Part shown: piece by piece, positions 28,044 to 37,298 of the stretch
How positions within the stretch are numbered: position 1 is the first letter of the stretch
Layout of the letters: the number at the start of each line of letters is the position of its first letter
Assembly: GCA_965208835.1 (NCBI GenBank)
Contig: OZ242358.1
Coordinates: 3,040,001 to 3,104,000 of the forward strand
Source: Candidatus Latescibacterota bacterium
Lineage (GTDB): Bacteria > Latescibacterota > UBA2968 > GCA-2709665
Length of the DNA stretch: 64,000 nucleotides
Direction of reading: 5' to 3'
Notes under the pieces: model-generated
What the model was told of the DNA's origin: nothing
Database searches by the model: none
Seen by the model: only the letters and a program-made list of their open reading frames with translations
Translations under genes and position numbers: made by a program

Positions 28044-29990
28044 TCAGTATCCCCCCTCATATGGAGCGTACATCGTCTCCCATCTTGAAAAAAGTGCAAT
28101 GCCGATCTGGACATCGAGTGCGGAGTTTTCTGACAGACCTTTAAATGGTTCACGAGGGTCACAGAGAAAAGCGCCAGCAGAAACAAACACCGCCTTGGGA
28201 GGATTCCAAGTGTTTCGATAGATCGACCATGGCCTATCCTTATGTACGCGAAAGATGCTGGGGGCAGTCTTAAAGAGCACTTCAACATAGTTCGTCAAGC
28301 GTGGGCCAATGCCCTGCTCCAAAGAACCAGCCTTCTCCTTTGATTCGATACACAAACAGATAGTATTTTCGAAGTTCGTGAATACAGCGAAGACATGGTC
28401 TGGTCGTTTTGCACCTTGGGCTGACACCCTCGGTAACGTCAGCCAACGGTACTCTGGATCACCATTTGCCCACATAAACGATATACCTGACCAATCTCCA
28501 CCTGGTGGATTGCACATGCCTTCCAGGACTAGGTCCTCTCCGAGAGCTTCAAAGGCAACATGAAGCGCAGTGTCTACATCTTGCTCACCAAATTGGAAAA
28601 CCCTATCCTCGACGAAAAGCGGTATTGACTGATATTCTTGCACGGGGGCCCAATCGGACTTAAGATACGCCCGGGGAAAACTCGCTGGCTTTGTCGCGCT
28701 GTCGACGAGGATTGCGTCACTGACCGCGAAAATTGCTTCCCAAAGGCCATTGGCGTTCCCAAGGACAACAGGATTGCTATATAGGTTTCTCCAATGTGAT
28801 TCCGGTGCAGGACCGTAAACGAAAGTCATCAACTCAGAGTCTTCACCTGCCAACATGCGGGTCAGGTGCGGGAGTCCGCGATCTGGTCGCGCGTCGTCGC
28901 CGCGTGGTTTAAATCCCATCACCCAAGCAATTGCCAAGTGTTCTTCTTGATTCCCAAGCCAGCTTGTGAATTCATCACTCAAGTCGGGGTATAACTCACG
29001 CAGGCTTTCGCAAAAGCCCAATCTTTCGAATTTGGGCACAAATGATAGGGGAAGACTTGACGATGCGAGACCTAAACTCATCTTGGATCCCAATTCCATA
29101 AATAATCTGGCTGTGTCAGTTAACGCCTCGATATAGGCGGTTTTTTTCCAAGGAAGTTTCACATTTTCCAGAAGAAAATCAGGCAGATTTCGGCCTGCGC
29201 AAATGGCCCTATATGCCTTCCTCCATTGGTCAGCACTAAGTCCGTCATTTCTTCTTCTTGAATCTGCGAGCAACTCAACTAGCGTAACACACTTGTCTGC
29301 GAGAGCCTGATCCACTTGATCGGTACTTTCTCCAAGTATAGCAAGCTTCAAATACTCTAGAAAATCGTCATTACCGAATACCGTACTAAACGATGTTATC
29401 GTATCACCCGTAGCACCTGCGTTTGCGTTATAAACTGGTAGGCAGAGTGTACATTGGTACTCCGTAATTGCGATAAAGCTAAACGGTACGGCTGGATTTG
29501 GCATTCTCACCGCCTTCCTCTTGCGGTCTCCGCCCAGTTCAAATCCACCGAGTTCAGCGACGTAAAAATAGGGAATCTTCGCACTTGCAAATGAAAATGC
29601 TCTGCCGTGTCTTTGCCAAGCTTGATTGCCAGCCGGCAGAGCTCCGCAAAATTCGATCGCCGCGAAGGGTTTCTCTTCACCATCTTGAACCCTTGTCAAT
29701 ATCGCGTCTGCTGCTTCACGCAGCCTGCCACCTGACCGATGCATATATTCCACGATGTCTTGGCTCCAGCGACGCTCACCAAAACCCGGAAATAAACGAA
29801 AGCTCAATTCTCGATCCAAAAGCCGCACGAAATAGACTGGACACGTGACCGAAGAATCAGGTCCAATGATCTCGTCGACAAGATTGCCGAGACCTGAGAT
29901 TATGTAATTGAACGCACGGAGACACTCGACTATGTTGTCTCCGTGTATGTTAAATTCAGATACTTCGACAACATTGGCGCGGTTGTTCAT
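28044..29990 (-). CDS. Type IIS restriction endonuclease of the BsmI/Mva1269I family (predicted GAATGC-type site), probably frameshifted near the C-terminus; corrected end 27965
   Basis: Motifs recalled from R.BsmI: IHGDNI.EC, AIEFC.AL.AGNQAWQR.GRA, PNPA.P, GLASS.LP, GFKPRGDD.RPDRG, GMCNPPGGDWSG, RWL.LPRVS, KRPDHV, IESKEK. Convergent with two MTases. Confidence 0.8.
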   Translation of the reverse strand: MNNRANVVEVSEFNIHGDNIVECLRAFNYIISGLGNLVDEIIGPDSSVTCPVYFVRLLDRELSFRLFPGFGERRWSQDIVEYMHRSGGRLREAADAILTRVQDGEEKPFAAIEFCGALPAGNQAWQRHGRAFSFASAKIPYFYVAELGGFELGGDRKRKAVRMPNPAVPFSFIAITEYQCTLCLPVYNANAGATGDTITSFSTVFGNDDFLEYLKLAILGESTDQVDQALADKCVTLVELLADSRRRNDGLSADQWRKAYRAICAGRNLPDFLLENVKLPWKKTAYIEALTDTARLFMELGSKMSLGLASSSLPLSFVPKFERLGFCESLRELYPDLSDEFTSWLGNQEEHLAIAWVMGFKPRGDDARPDRGLPHLTRMLAGEDSELMTFVYGPAPESHWRNLYSNPVVLGNANGLWEAIFAVSDAILVDSATKPASFPRAYLKSDWAPVQEYQSIPLFVEDRVFQFGEQDVDTALHVAFEALGEDLVLEGMCNPPGGDWSGISFMWANGDPEYRWLTLPRVSAQGAKRPDHVFAVFTNFENTICLCIESKEKAGSLEQGIGPRLTNYVEVLFKTAPSIFRVHKDRPWSIYRNTWNPPKAVFVSAGAFLCDPREPFKGLSENSALDVQIGIALFSRWETMYAPYEGGY

Positions 29991-30631
29991 TGCTAATACC
30001 TCTCTGTTTCGTTTTTTGTGTCAATTGCGATATCAAACGGAAGAAATCGTCGAGGAATCTGTCTAGCGGATAGTTGGCCACCACGACTCCTATCCTCATC
30101 TATTTCGAACGTCGATCGAGGGAACGAATTCGAATTGTCGCATGCGCACAAATAGGTCGTTAACAGACTCCGCGCAGGATGCGCAAAGCCGCATTCAGGA
30201 CTCTACATCGGCCTGACGAAGCTACGCTTGAAAGCGACACGTGTGGTTTGTATCAGTTACACCGACGCTCTTGAGACACGACTCTGATATCGCCACTTGG
30301 ACTTGAGCATTTGCCCGCGAATTGCCCAACGTCTTGCGATGACTTCCGAATCACTGCAACGTTTCCTCACCGACTTCAGATCAACCAGCGTTTCCGTGCC
30401 AGATTCTTCAACGTAGAGTTACTGACAACGGCATCCAGAGGGGCCCGTATGGTACGGCCAATTATAGGCCAAAGCGAGTCTATGGGGAAGAAACTTAATC
30501 GTACATATACACCAGAACCAGCCGGATTCCGCCCATCGGCGATGCCTCGTGTTATTGTTGCCTACCGTCCCATTTTCGTACTTACTCAGCCGCGTTCCCG
30601 GGTCTACACGACCACCTGAGGAGATCAACCC

Positions 30632-31318
30632 ATGTGTGGACGTTTCACGCAGATGATGACCTGGCGGGAACTCCATGAGCTTTACGCCCTGGCCGAACCC
30701 CTGGTGACGCCGGACCAGCAGCCCCGATACAACGGGGCCCCCACCCAGGACTTCTCGGTATGCCGCACTGACGAGAACGGCGACCGGGTGATCGCCAGGC
30801 TTCGCTGGGGTCTGGTGCCCGCGTGGGCGAAGGACATCAAAATGGGCGCGCGCATGATCAACGCCCGGTCCGAGACCGTGCACGAGAAACCGGCTTTCGG
30901 CGCGGCATTCCGCTCGCGGCGGTGCCTGGTCCCTGCCGACGGCTGGTTCGAGTGGCAGCGGGCCGGACACGGCAAACAGCCCTACTTTCTGGCGTTGGTA
31001 GACGGATCGCCGCTGTCCTTCGCCGGCCTGTGGGAACGCTGGAACAGGGGCAGCGACACAATTGAGACCTTTTCCATCCTAACCGCCGCCGCCGACGCGC
31101 CGCTCGCGGACGTCCACCACCGCCAGCCCGCCGTCATCAATCCGGAACATTTCTCGGTCTGGCTGGATGGAGAATCGCCCGACGACACGCTCCTCGACCT
31201 GGCCCGCAAACCCCGGGCCGGCCCATACGAAATCCGGGCGGTCAGCACCCGCGTCAACAACGTCCGGAACGACGACCCGGATATCCTCACCCCAATGTCA
31301 CAGCAGCGGCTGTTCTAG
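30632..31318 (+). CDS. SOS response-associated peptidase (SRAP/YedK/HMCES family, abasic-site protection)
   Basis: N-terminal MCGRF, PRYN.AP.Q, RWGLVP.W, INARSET, RRCLVPADGWFEW, HHRQP. Confidence 0.95.
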   Translation: MCGRFTQMMTWRELHELYALAEPLVTPDQQPRYNGAPTQDFSVCRTDENGDRVIARLRWGLVPAWAKDIKMGARMINARSETVHEKPAFGAAFRSRRCLVPADGWFEWQRAGHGKQPYFLALVDGSPLSFAGLWERWNRGSDTIETFSILTAAADAPLADVHHRQPAVINPEHFSVWLDGESPDDTLLDLARKPRAGPYEIRAVSTRVNNVRNDDPDILTPMSQQRLF

Positions 31319-31447
31319 GCGGATCGGAGATTGCAAGCGGTCCAGACGGAAACGCTGAATGAAGAGGTGTCACGTAAGACACGAAATATCAATTATATAG
31401 CCAATGAATGGATAGAGGTCGATTCAGGCCTCTATTCTCCTTTTGGG

Positions 31448-31478
31448 TTGACCCCAAACGCAATGGATTGTATATAAT
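31448..31478 (+). promoter_or_regulatory. Sigma70-like promoter for the ATPase-nuclease pair
   Basis: TTGACC at 31448-31453 and TATATAAT at 31471-31478 in an AT-rich intergenic stretch. Confidence 0.5.
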
Positions 31479-31678
31479 CAATAATGTGGCGTTTGGCGTA
31501 ACCAGCAAGTGACATTCAAGAATTCGACTCGGTATTATGTCAGGCCCGCCTCGGCGTCATCTCCCACTGCCGTACGAGGCCGGAGTAGGTAGACTCATCG
31601 ACTCTACATAATGTGACACCACAGTGTACATTGCCTGCATATTGAGGACATTCTCGCATCCATCAAAGAGGCATCACC

Positions 31679-33124
31679 ATGGAATCGGCCGCTAAACGGA
31701 ATATCGTGAAATCCAAAATGAAACCGGCGACGTTTCGGTTCAGCAACATCGGACCCGTCAAGGATGCCAAATTGGAATTGGGAGAACTTACAATAATCGC
31801 GGGCCGAAACAATACCGGCAAGACTTACTTAGCGTATACGCTATATGCCTTTCTGAAAATGTACGAGGAATGGCCTGAACTAATCGAAGATGGGGATAGT
31901 GATTCATCGGCCCCTCGATTAATCAAGGACTTGCTCGCACGTGAATTGCTGCTTTTGGTAAGTTCCGAACACTCCGTCACTTGGGAAACGCGACAGGAAA
32001 AACGTTCTGCATTAATGCGCGAAATGACACAGACATTTTCGGAAACTCGCCTATCGCGGGCGTTCAGTTCGCCACGTGTCGAGTTCGACGGTGCTACACT
32101 TGATGTTGAACTCCCGCAGGACGCCTCGGACCATGAGCTTCGATACGAGACTATTCTGCCCGACGGAGCGATCCTTTCGCTTCGATATGATGGGCATGAA
32201 GTCGATATACATCGGAAAGAGAAACGGCGCAGACTCAGCCGTTCTGAGATGAACCAAGCACTCTCGTCACTCTATCTTCGATTTTTGTTTCCTGAACTAC
32301 CGCCAGAGACCTTTATACTTTCTGCCGAGCGGTTCGGTATATCTCTCTTCTACAGAGAGCTCGATTTTACAAGGAATCAGTTGGTCGATCTGCTGCAGAA
32401 GATGGGCGACGAAGCGTGGGGCAGGAGTTCCGATTTTATGTTCATTGACGGCACCACCAGCCGATATGCACTTCCGATAAAGCACAATATCGACTACACT
32501 CGAAGCATTCCTGACTTACGTACAAGGGAAAGCGAACTTCAGACACACAAGCTATTTGACGGTATCAAGGACATGATGGGCGGCTATTACCGTGCGTCCG
32601 GAGACGATATACGGTTTATATCCAAGGCTCGGGGAAAGGGACGCAGCTTCAACATACCGCTGCACAACGCCTCGTCATCCGCCCGCGGTTTATCAGATTT
32701 CTACTTTTTCCTGCGTCATGTTGCAAGCCGCGGTCACCTTATCGTCATCGACGAGCCGGAAAGCCATCTGGACACCGCCAACCAGATACTCCTCGCTCGT
32801 TTGTTGGCGCGATTTGTACGCGCCGGCCTGAAAGTCCTGATCACGACCCACAGTGACTATTTGATCAAGGAGATCAACAATCTGGTCATGTTAAACAGCA
32901 CGTTCGCCGAAAAAGAATCTGTTGTGAAAAAACTAAAATATCGATCGGACGATGTACTGGAACCGGAGTCCATTCGTGCGTACGTAGCTGAGAACAATGG
33001 GCTTACGAGGTGTGACGTTGACGAATTTGGGATCGATATGCCGGTTTTCGATAGGACCATCGACGAAATAAACGCGGTAGCAAACGATTTGGCGTCTCGA
33101 ATTTCGGAAGACTCGGAGGAATGA
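31679..33124 (+). CDS. ABC-type ATPase (AAA_15/AAA_21 family), defence-associated type
   Basis: NIGPV, Walker A GRNNTGKT, signature-like ASSSARG, Walker B IVIDEPESHLD, H-loop ITTHSDY. Start may be 31718. Confidence 0.88.
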   Translation: MESAAKRNIVKSKMKPATFRFSNIGPVKDAKLELGELTIIAGRNNTGKTYLAYTLYAFLKMYEEWPELIEDGDSDSSAPRLIKDLLARELLLLVSSEHSVTWETRQEKRSALMREMTQTFSETRLSRAFSSPRVEFDGATLDVELPQDASDHELRYETILPDGAILSLRYDGHEVDIHRKEKRRRLSRSEMNQALSSLYLRFLFPELPPETFILSAERFGISLFYRELDFTRNQLVDLLQKMGDEAWGRSSDFMFIDGTTSRYALPIKHNIDYTRSIPDLRTRESELQTHKLFDGIKDMMGGYYRASGDDIRFISKARGKGRSFNIPLHNASSSARGLSDFYFFLRHVASRGHLIVIDEPESHLDTANQILLARLLARFVRAGLKVLITTHSDYLIKEINNLVMLNSTFAEKESVVKKLKYRSDDVLEPESIRAYVAENNGLTRCDVDEFGIDMPVFDRTIDEINAVANDLASRISEDSEE

Positions 33125-33125
33125 A

Positions 33126-33692
33126 GTGGGTTTCGCCGCATTTCTGAGGCACATTCTTGATCTGAAGGCGTTGGTGACGATAAACGGCGACGGAAGTTTG
33201 ATTTTGCGAGAAAAGGGCGTTATGGAAGTCGAAGTGGCTAACACTCCGTCGGACGTCACCGCCATTAATCTGGAAAGATTAGGAAGTCTATCGGGGTTGA
33301 GAGAAGGTGAATGGAAACGAAACTGTGATTACATGTTGATTCATGAAGACCGGAATACGTGCGTTGCGATATTGATTGATTTAAAAAAAACAGTTCACGC
33401 CGACGGAAAGCCAAAAGTACAACTGCGGTGGTCACTACCGATCTTAAAGTATCTTTGCGCATTATATGCGATAAGCTCTGCCAGCGAATTCAGCAGCGAG
33501 GATACTATGTTAAGGTATTACATAATTGGGACGAAATACAATCCCAGAATCGACAAACAAGGTGTGAAACCACGGCCGGGCGTTGTACAAAGGGAAACAT
33601 ACAAGGATATTGAAATTCATACGTACGTAGGGCCGAAAATCGGATTCAATTTGCTTGAGCGTGGCGATCGTGGCAGCGGCGTAGCCGCCTAA
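33126..33692 (+). CDS. Hypothetical protein with a PD-(D/E)xK nuclease-like motif; partner of the ATPase
   Basis: Starts 2 nt after the ATPase stop. CDY.LI.......ILIDLKK...QL fits a D...(D/E)xK nuclease pattern. Confidence 0.6.
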   Translation: MGFAAFLRHILDLKALVTINGDGSLILREKGVMEVEVANTPSDVTAINLERLGSLSGLREGEWKRNCDYMLIHEDRNTCVAILIDLKKTVHADGKPKVQLRWSLPILKYLCALYAISSASEFSSEDTMLRYYIIGTKYNPRIDKQGVKPRPGVVQRETYKDIEIHTYVGPKIGFNLLERGDRGSGVAA

Positions 33693-33849
33693 GACAAAGG
33701 CAATTTAGTACCTGAAGTGAAACCTGAACGCGATCCTCGAATTGAAGCATATGTATACAAATTGGTGATTATAGAGATTGCCAAATGAGCCTTATTCGCG
33801 AGCTGTAAAGCGCTGAAACCAAGACGGAAACCAGTCCGGAAATATTGAC

Positions 33850-34164
33850 TTGAATGTGCATATTCAAACTCCACGTGACGACCTGAGAGAATTTTGCGAA
33901 CGATGGGGGGTCGTGGAACTGGCGTTGTTCGGCTCCGCATTGCGCGACGAACTGGGCCCCGATAGCGACGTCGATATACTCATCAGCTTCGATCACACGG
34001 CCCGGCCAACGCTCCTGGACATGGTACGCATGGAAGATGAACTGACGGAATTGTTCGGTCGGCCGGCCGATTTAATGGAACGAGACGCAATCGAGGCCAG
34101 CGGAAATCACATCCGCCGCAAGGCCATCCTTGATTCGGCGGAGACGATTTATGCGGCGAAATGA
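33850..34164 (+). CDS. Minimal nucleotidyltransferase (MNT/MntA-like antitoxin)
   Basis: [20 protein letters not shown]...LLD...MEDEL..LFGR.ADL. Confidence 0.9.
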   Translation: MNVHIQTPRDDLREFCERWGVVELALFGSALRDELGPDSDVDILISFDHTARPTLLDMVRMEDELTELFGRPADLMERDAIEASGNHIRRKAILDSAETIYAAK

Positions 34165-34295
34165 AGCCTACTTGCTGGATATGCTGATCCATGCGCGAAA
34201 AGCCGTTGAATTCGCCTCTGGACTGACGTACGAACGATTCACTCTGAGTGATCTTCACCAGAACGTGATCTTCTCGTAGATCGAAATCATTCAAC
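34151..34295 (+). pseudogene. HEPN (DUF86/HepT-like) toxin remnant with premature stop and 3' truncation
   Basis: Not in the ORF track. ATG 34151 reads [42 protein letters not shown] (TAG 34277-34279), then IEII. The expected GEAA and RxxxxH parts are absent. Confidence 0.8.
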
Positions 34296-34463
34296 GATTC
34301 CTTACGCTTACCCAAGACCCACATCCGTTACCTAAGGACCCGTAGCCGGAGATTCGCCCGGCGCGAGTCTGAGGTCTCTTCCTCGATCCCGCGATACTCC
34401 TCATTCGGCGTCTGCAGAATCCTTCTCACCCATCTCCTGTCGAATCCTGACGGCGACCCGATC

Positions 34464-35963
34464 ATGTTCCTCCCGCAAACTCCGTTGACTCAAGAATCGT
34501 CAAGGCTTCTCGTCCTTACGACGATAATCCTCTGCTTGTGTACCAACACGTGCCTCGCGTACCGGCTCGTCGGGTCGGAATCCCTTTCGGACGCCCTCGT
34601 CGCCCATCACTATTCCATCAATGACAGACTTGACGCCGTCATCGTGGTGGACCCGACGATGCCCACCTTCGAATATCAGACGTTCTACGCCATGGGCTAC
34701 GCGGATGAACCTGAGGGCGAACAGGGAAAACTGCACTTCCTCGAGCATTTAATGGCGGACAAGGGCGAACTGGCTCAACGGATTGCCCGCAATGGAGGGC
34801 AAAGTCGCGCCGCTACGGATTTACATTTGACGTACTTCTCAATGAGGTTTCCCAGTGACAAACTCGCTATCGCTATCGAGTTAGACCGCGAAAGGTTTTA
34901 CAAAACAAGAATCGATCAGGACGCCGTCGTACACGAAAGGAAAGCTGTACTTACGGAACTCAGCAGGAAAACTGGCAGCGCAAAAGCGCGGTTTTCAAAT
35001 CACTTCTGGGGTCTGGTTTACGGAAGGAATAATCAATATGGAATCGGGACCGCGGCGTTTATACAGACGATCGAATCCGGCGATTTGAAACAACTCTTCC
35101 ACAACGTCTTGCGCCGGAAGAGGCGCCTGGTTGTCGTCATAGGTGACGTTGATTTGCATGACGTCCTCACGAGAATGGCCGAAGCCTTCCCGGACGTGTA
35201 CAATCGAAAGGAAGATGGATCTCAGGTTCGGCGGTTTCCGAATCCCGTTGCGCTTGGCGAGAAATATCAAGTGAAATACGAGAAACTGAACAAATCCAGG
35301 CTTTATAAAGCCTGGCGCATACCGGCACTTGGTCATCCGGACTACGCGAGTTTCTATGTCCTTGCCTCAATCCTGGTCAGGCCATCGAATTCACTACGAT
35401 CTTCGCTTTTGGATTCGCAGATTGTTGAGACGTTCAGCGCCTGGACGGGCTGCTACGAAGGATTCAGCCTTATGGCGTGTAACGCGGCAATGCCTGCGGC
35501 GCCAACCGTGGCTACCATTGAGAATGCGATAGGCAATGAAATTCAAAGGATCAAGTCCCACAGCATCACGGAGGACGAATTCTCGGCGGCACGGAACAAA
35601 AGGTTACGGAGTCTTTACTCGGAGTTCTACGACCGATCGAGGATGGCGTATCTGTTCGGCAAGGCGTTCGCTCTCACTGACGATCCACTTGTTTATCCGA
35701 GATTCATTCGTCAGGTCAAGCGGGTAACCGGCGACGACATTGCGCGTGTCGCCGGGCAACACCTCGTTGAAGATAACGCCATTTCACTTTCCTGGAACAT
35801 AAAGGAACCCGTGTGGTCCGGCCAGGATCCAATCGTGATTGCAGTCGTCATATTCGGATGTGGCGGGACGCTTTTTTCCATAATGTGGGCTTACAGGAGA
35901 CGTAACCGAAAGCCTATCTGTAATCTCGATAGCGATGATAAAACCCATAAATACCACTCTTAG
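34464..35963 (+). CDS. M16 (insulinase/pitrilysin) family peptidase, catalytic subunit, with C-terminal TM anchor
   Basis: HFLEH inverzincin motif, A.T..D.TY, ER..VL.E, HPD, VT.DDI.RVA. Ends with a hydrophobic helix followed by RRRNRK. Confidence 0.8.
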   Translation: MFLPQTPLTQESSRLLVLTTIILCLCTNTCLAYRLVGSESLSDALVAHHYSINDRLDAVIVVDPTMPTFEYQTFYAMGYADEPEGEQGKLHFLEHLMADKGELAQRIARNGGQSRAATDLHLTYFSMRFPSDKLAIAIELDRERFYKTRIDQDAVVHERKAVLTELSRKTGSAKARFSNHFWGLVYGRNNQYGIGTAAFIQTIESGDLKQLFHNVLRRKRRLVVVIGDVDLHDVLTRMAEAFPDVYNRKEDGSQVRRFPNPVALGEKYQVKYEKLNKSRLYKAWRIPALGHPDYASFYVLASILVRPSNSLRSSLLDSQIVETFSAWTGCYEGFSLMACNAAMPAAPTVATIENAIGNEIQRIKSHSITEDEFSAARNKRLRSLYSEFYDRSRMAYLFGKAFALTDDPLVYPRFIRQVKRVTGDDIARVAGQHLVEDNAISLSWNIKEPVWSGQDPIVIAVVIFGCGGTLFSIMWAYRRRNRKPICNLDSDDKTHKYHS

Positions 35964-37278
35964 GACTGCGGTGTTGTATGTCGTCTGCGCGCTGCCGGCT
36001 TCCGCGCAGATTCACGATCACCGTTTGTTCTATTGGAACGATAACCGGGCACCGCTGACGATGTTGGACATCGTCTTTCTCGGAGCGGGTAGCATCCAGG
36101 ACGAGGCTTCAACGACCGGACTTGCGGTGACCGCCAACAGACTGATGAAGGACTTTTCGAAACGGCACGGATACACCGCACGATTGGAGACTTTGGGTAC
36201 AAAGATCGAATTCAGCACGTATTATGAAAACCAGGTAATCTCTATCTCCGCCTTGTCCACAAACCTAACAGCATCTGTAGGAATCGTGGACGATCTGATA
36301 CGCCGTTTTGCAATCACGGGTCTCGTACTCAAAGAGGTAAAGCGGGATTTACAGAGGATTTACCAGAAGTCGGTAGACGCCGGCGGCCACGATATCCTGA
36401 GGAACTACGCGCTTGCACGTACGGTAGGTGTAGCGAGATGGTTTTCGGGCGAAGCACTGAGACATATCACGTTAGAAGACGTCCGGAAGAATAGCACGGC
36501 GTTTCTGAGCGCGGACGTTGTCTTTTTCAAGGCAATCTCCAACCTTGATTCCACGGCGGTCGAGAAAGCACTGGTGCCATTCACGAATAACCGCCGACGA
36601 GGGGGTTTCGTCTGGTCTCCGCCAACACGTAAAAACGATCCCCTTCCAGGACATTCCGCGCTCATCTTTGAGCATTACTCTCACCTGAAAAACGTCTACT
36701 GTTACTGGCTCATCCCAATTGGAAGGGTTGGCGAGGACAATCACGTACCCAACATGGTGTCGTGGACGCTGGGACGCCCGAATAGCCGTGGGTTGCTCGA
36801 CGAATATTTGCGCGACGAATTAGGGTTGGTTTATAGCACTTCCTGCTCGTTTCAAAGTGAAGATGATGTCAGATTTATTGAGATTGGCGCCGATCCAATG
36901 CTGAAAAACAGCGAGGCACTGATAACGAAAACGCACGAGTTCATTGCAGGACTCGCCGAAAATCCGGATTTCTGGACCTCAATCGGCGAGTTACGCGCAA
37001 ACCCCGACTTTATCGACGCTCATACACACGGTGAGCAGACGCCGCGGCGAAAACTGAACCGTGCAGCAGATCAAGCCATGTATAACTTTCCGAGTCGCGA
37101 AGACGACATCAGGTCCGTCACCGATGCCGAGATCCGGTCGTTTCTCAAGGAATACTTCGTGGAACAGAATCTGGTAATGATGTTGTATGGACCGAAGGAA
37201 CACATCATCGAAATCCTGGAAAAACACTGGCCGGATATCACCATTCACGTGCAGCCCGTAGAGAAGGCGATCGAATAG
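35935..37278 (+). CDS. M16 family peptidase, non-catalytic partner subunit
   Basis: GAGS..D, GLA, ITLEDV, LRDELGLVYS, IRSVT.AEI; no HxxEH. Overlaps the preceding gene. Confidence 0.75.
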   Translation: MIKPINTTLRTAVLYVVCALPASAQIHDHRLFYWNDNRAPLTMLDIVFLGAGSIQDEASTTGLAVTANRLMKDFSKRHGYTARLETLGTKIEFSTYYENQVISISALSTNLTASVGIVDDLIRRFAITGLVLKEVKRDLQRIYQKSVDAGGHDILRNYALARTVGVARWFSGEALRHITLEDVRKNSTAFLSADVVFFKAISNLDSTAVEKALVPFTNNRRRGGFVWSPPTRKNDPLPGHSALIFEHYSHLKNVYCYWLIPIGRVGEDNHVPNMVSWTLGRPNSRGLLDEYLRDELGLVYSTSCSFQSEDDVRFIEIGADPMLKNSEALITKTHEFIAGLAENPDFWTSIGELRANPDFIDAHTHGEQTPRRKLNRAADQAMYNFPSREDDIRSVTDAEIRSFLKEYFVEQNLVMMLYGPKEHIIEILEKHWPDITIHVQPVEKAIE

Positions 37279-37298
37279 GCGAATCCCCCAACCCACCT

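Noticed and set aside
26102-29990. DpnII/MboI-type GATC system, suggested by the alpha + beta MTase pair
   Set aside because: The endonuclease is far longer than DpnII-type enzymes and carries BsmI-family motifs.
30205-30270. CTGACGA...GAAA resembling a hammerhead ribozyme core
   Set aside because: Stem II is out of register, and no convincing stem I/III pairing or cleavage triplet could be built.
30274-30285. AGAC-ACGA-CTCT as a second SOS-box copy upstream of SRAP
   Set aside because: It has a mismatch, lies about 350 bp from the SRAP start, and the same 12-mer occurs at ~18036 in a non-SOS context.
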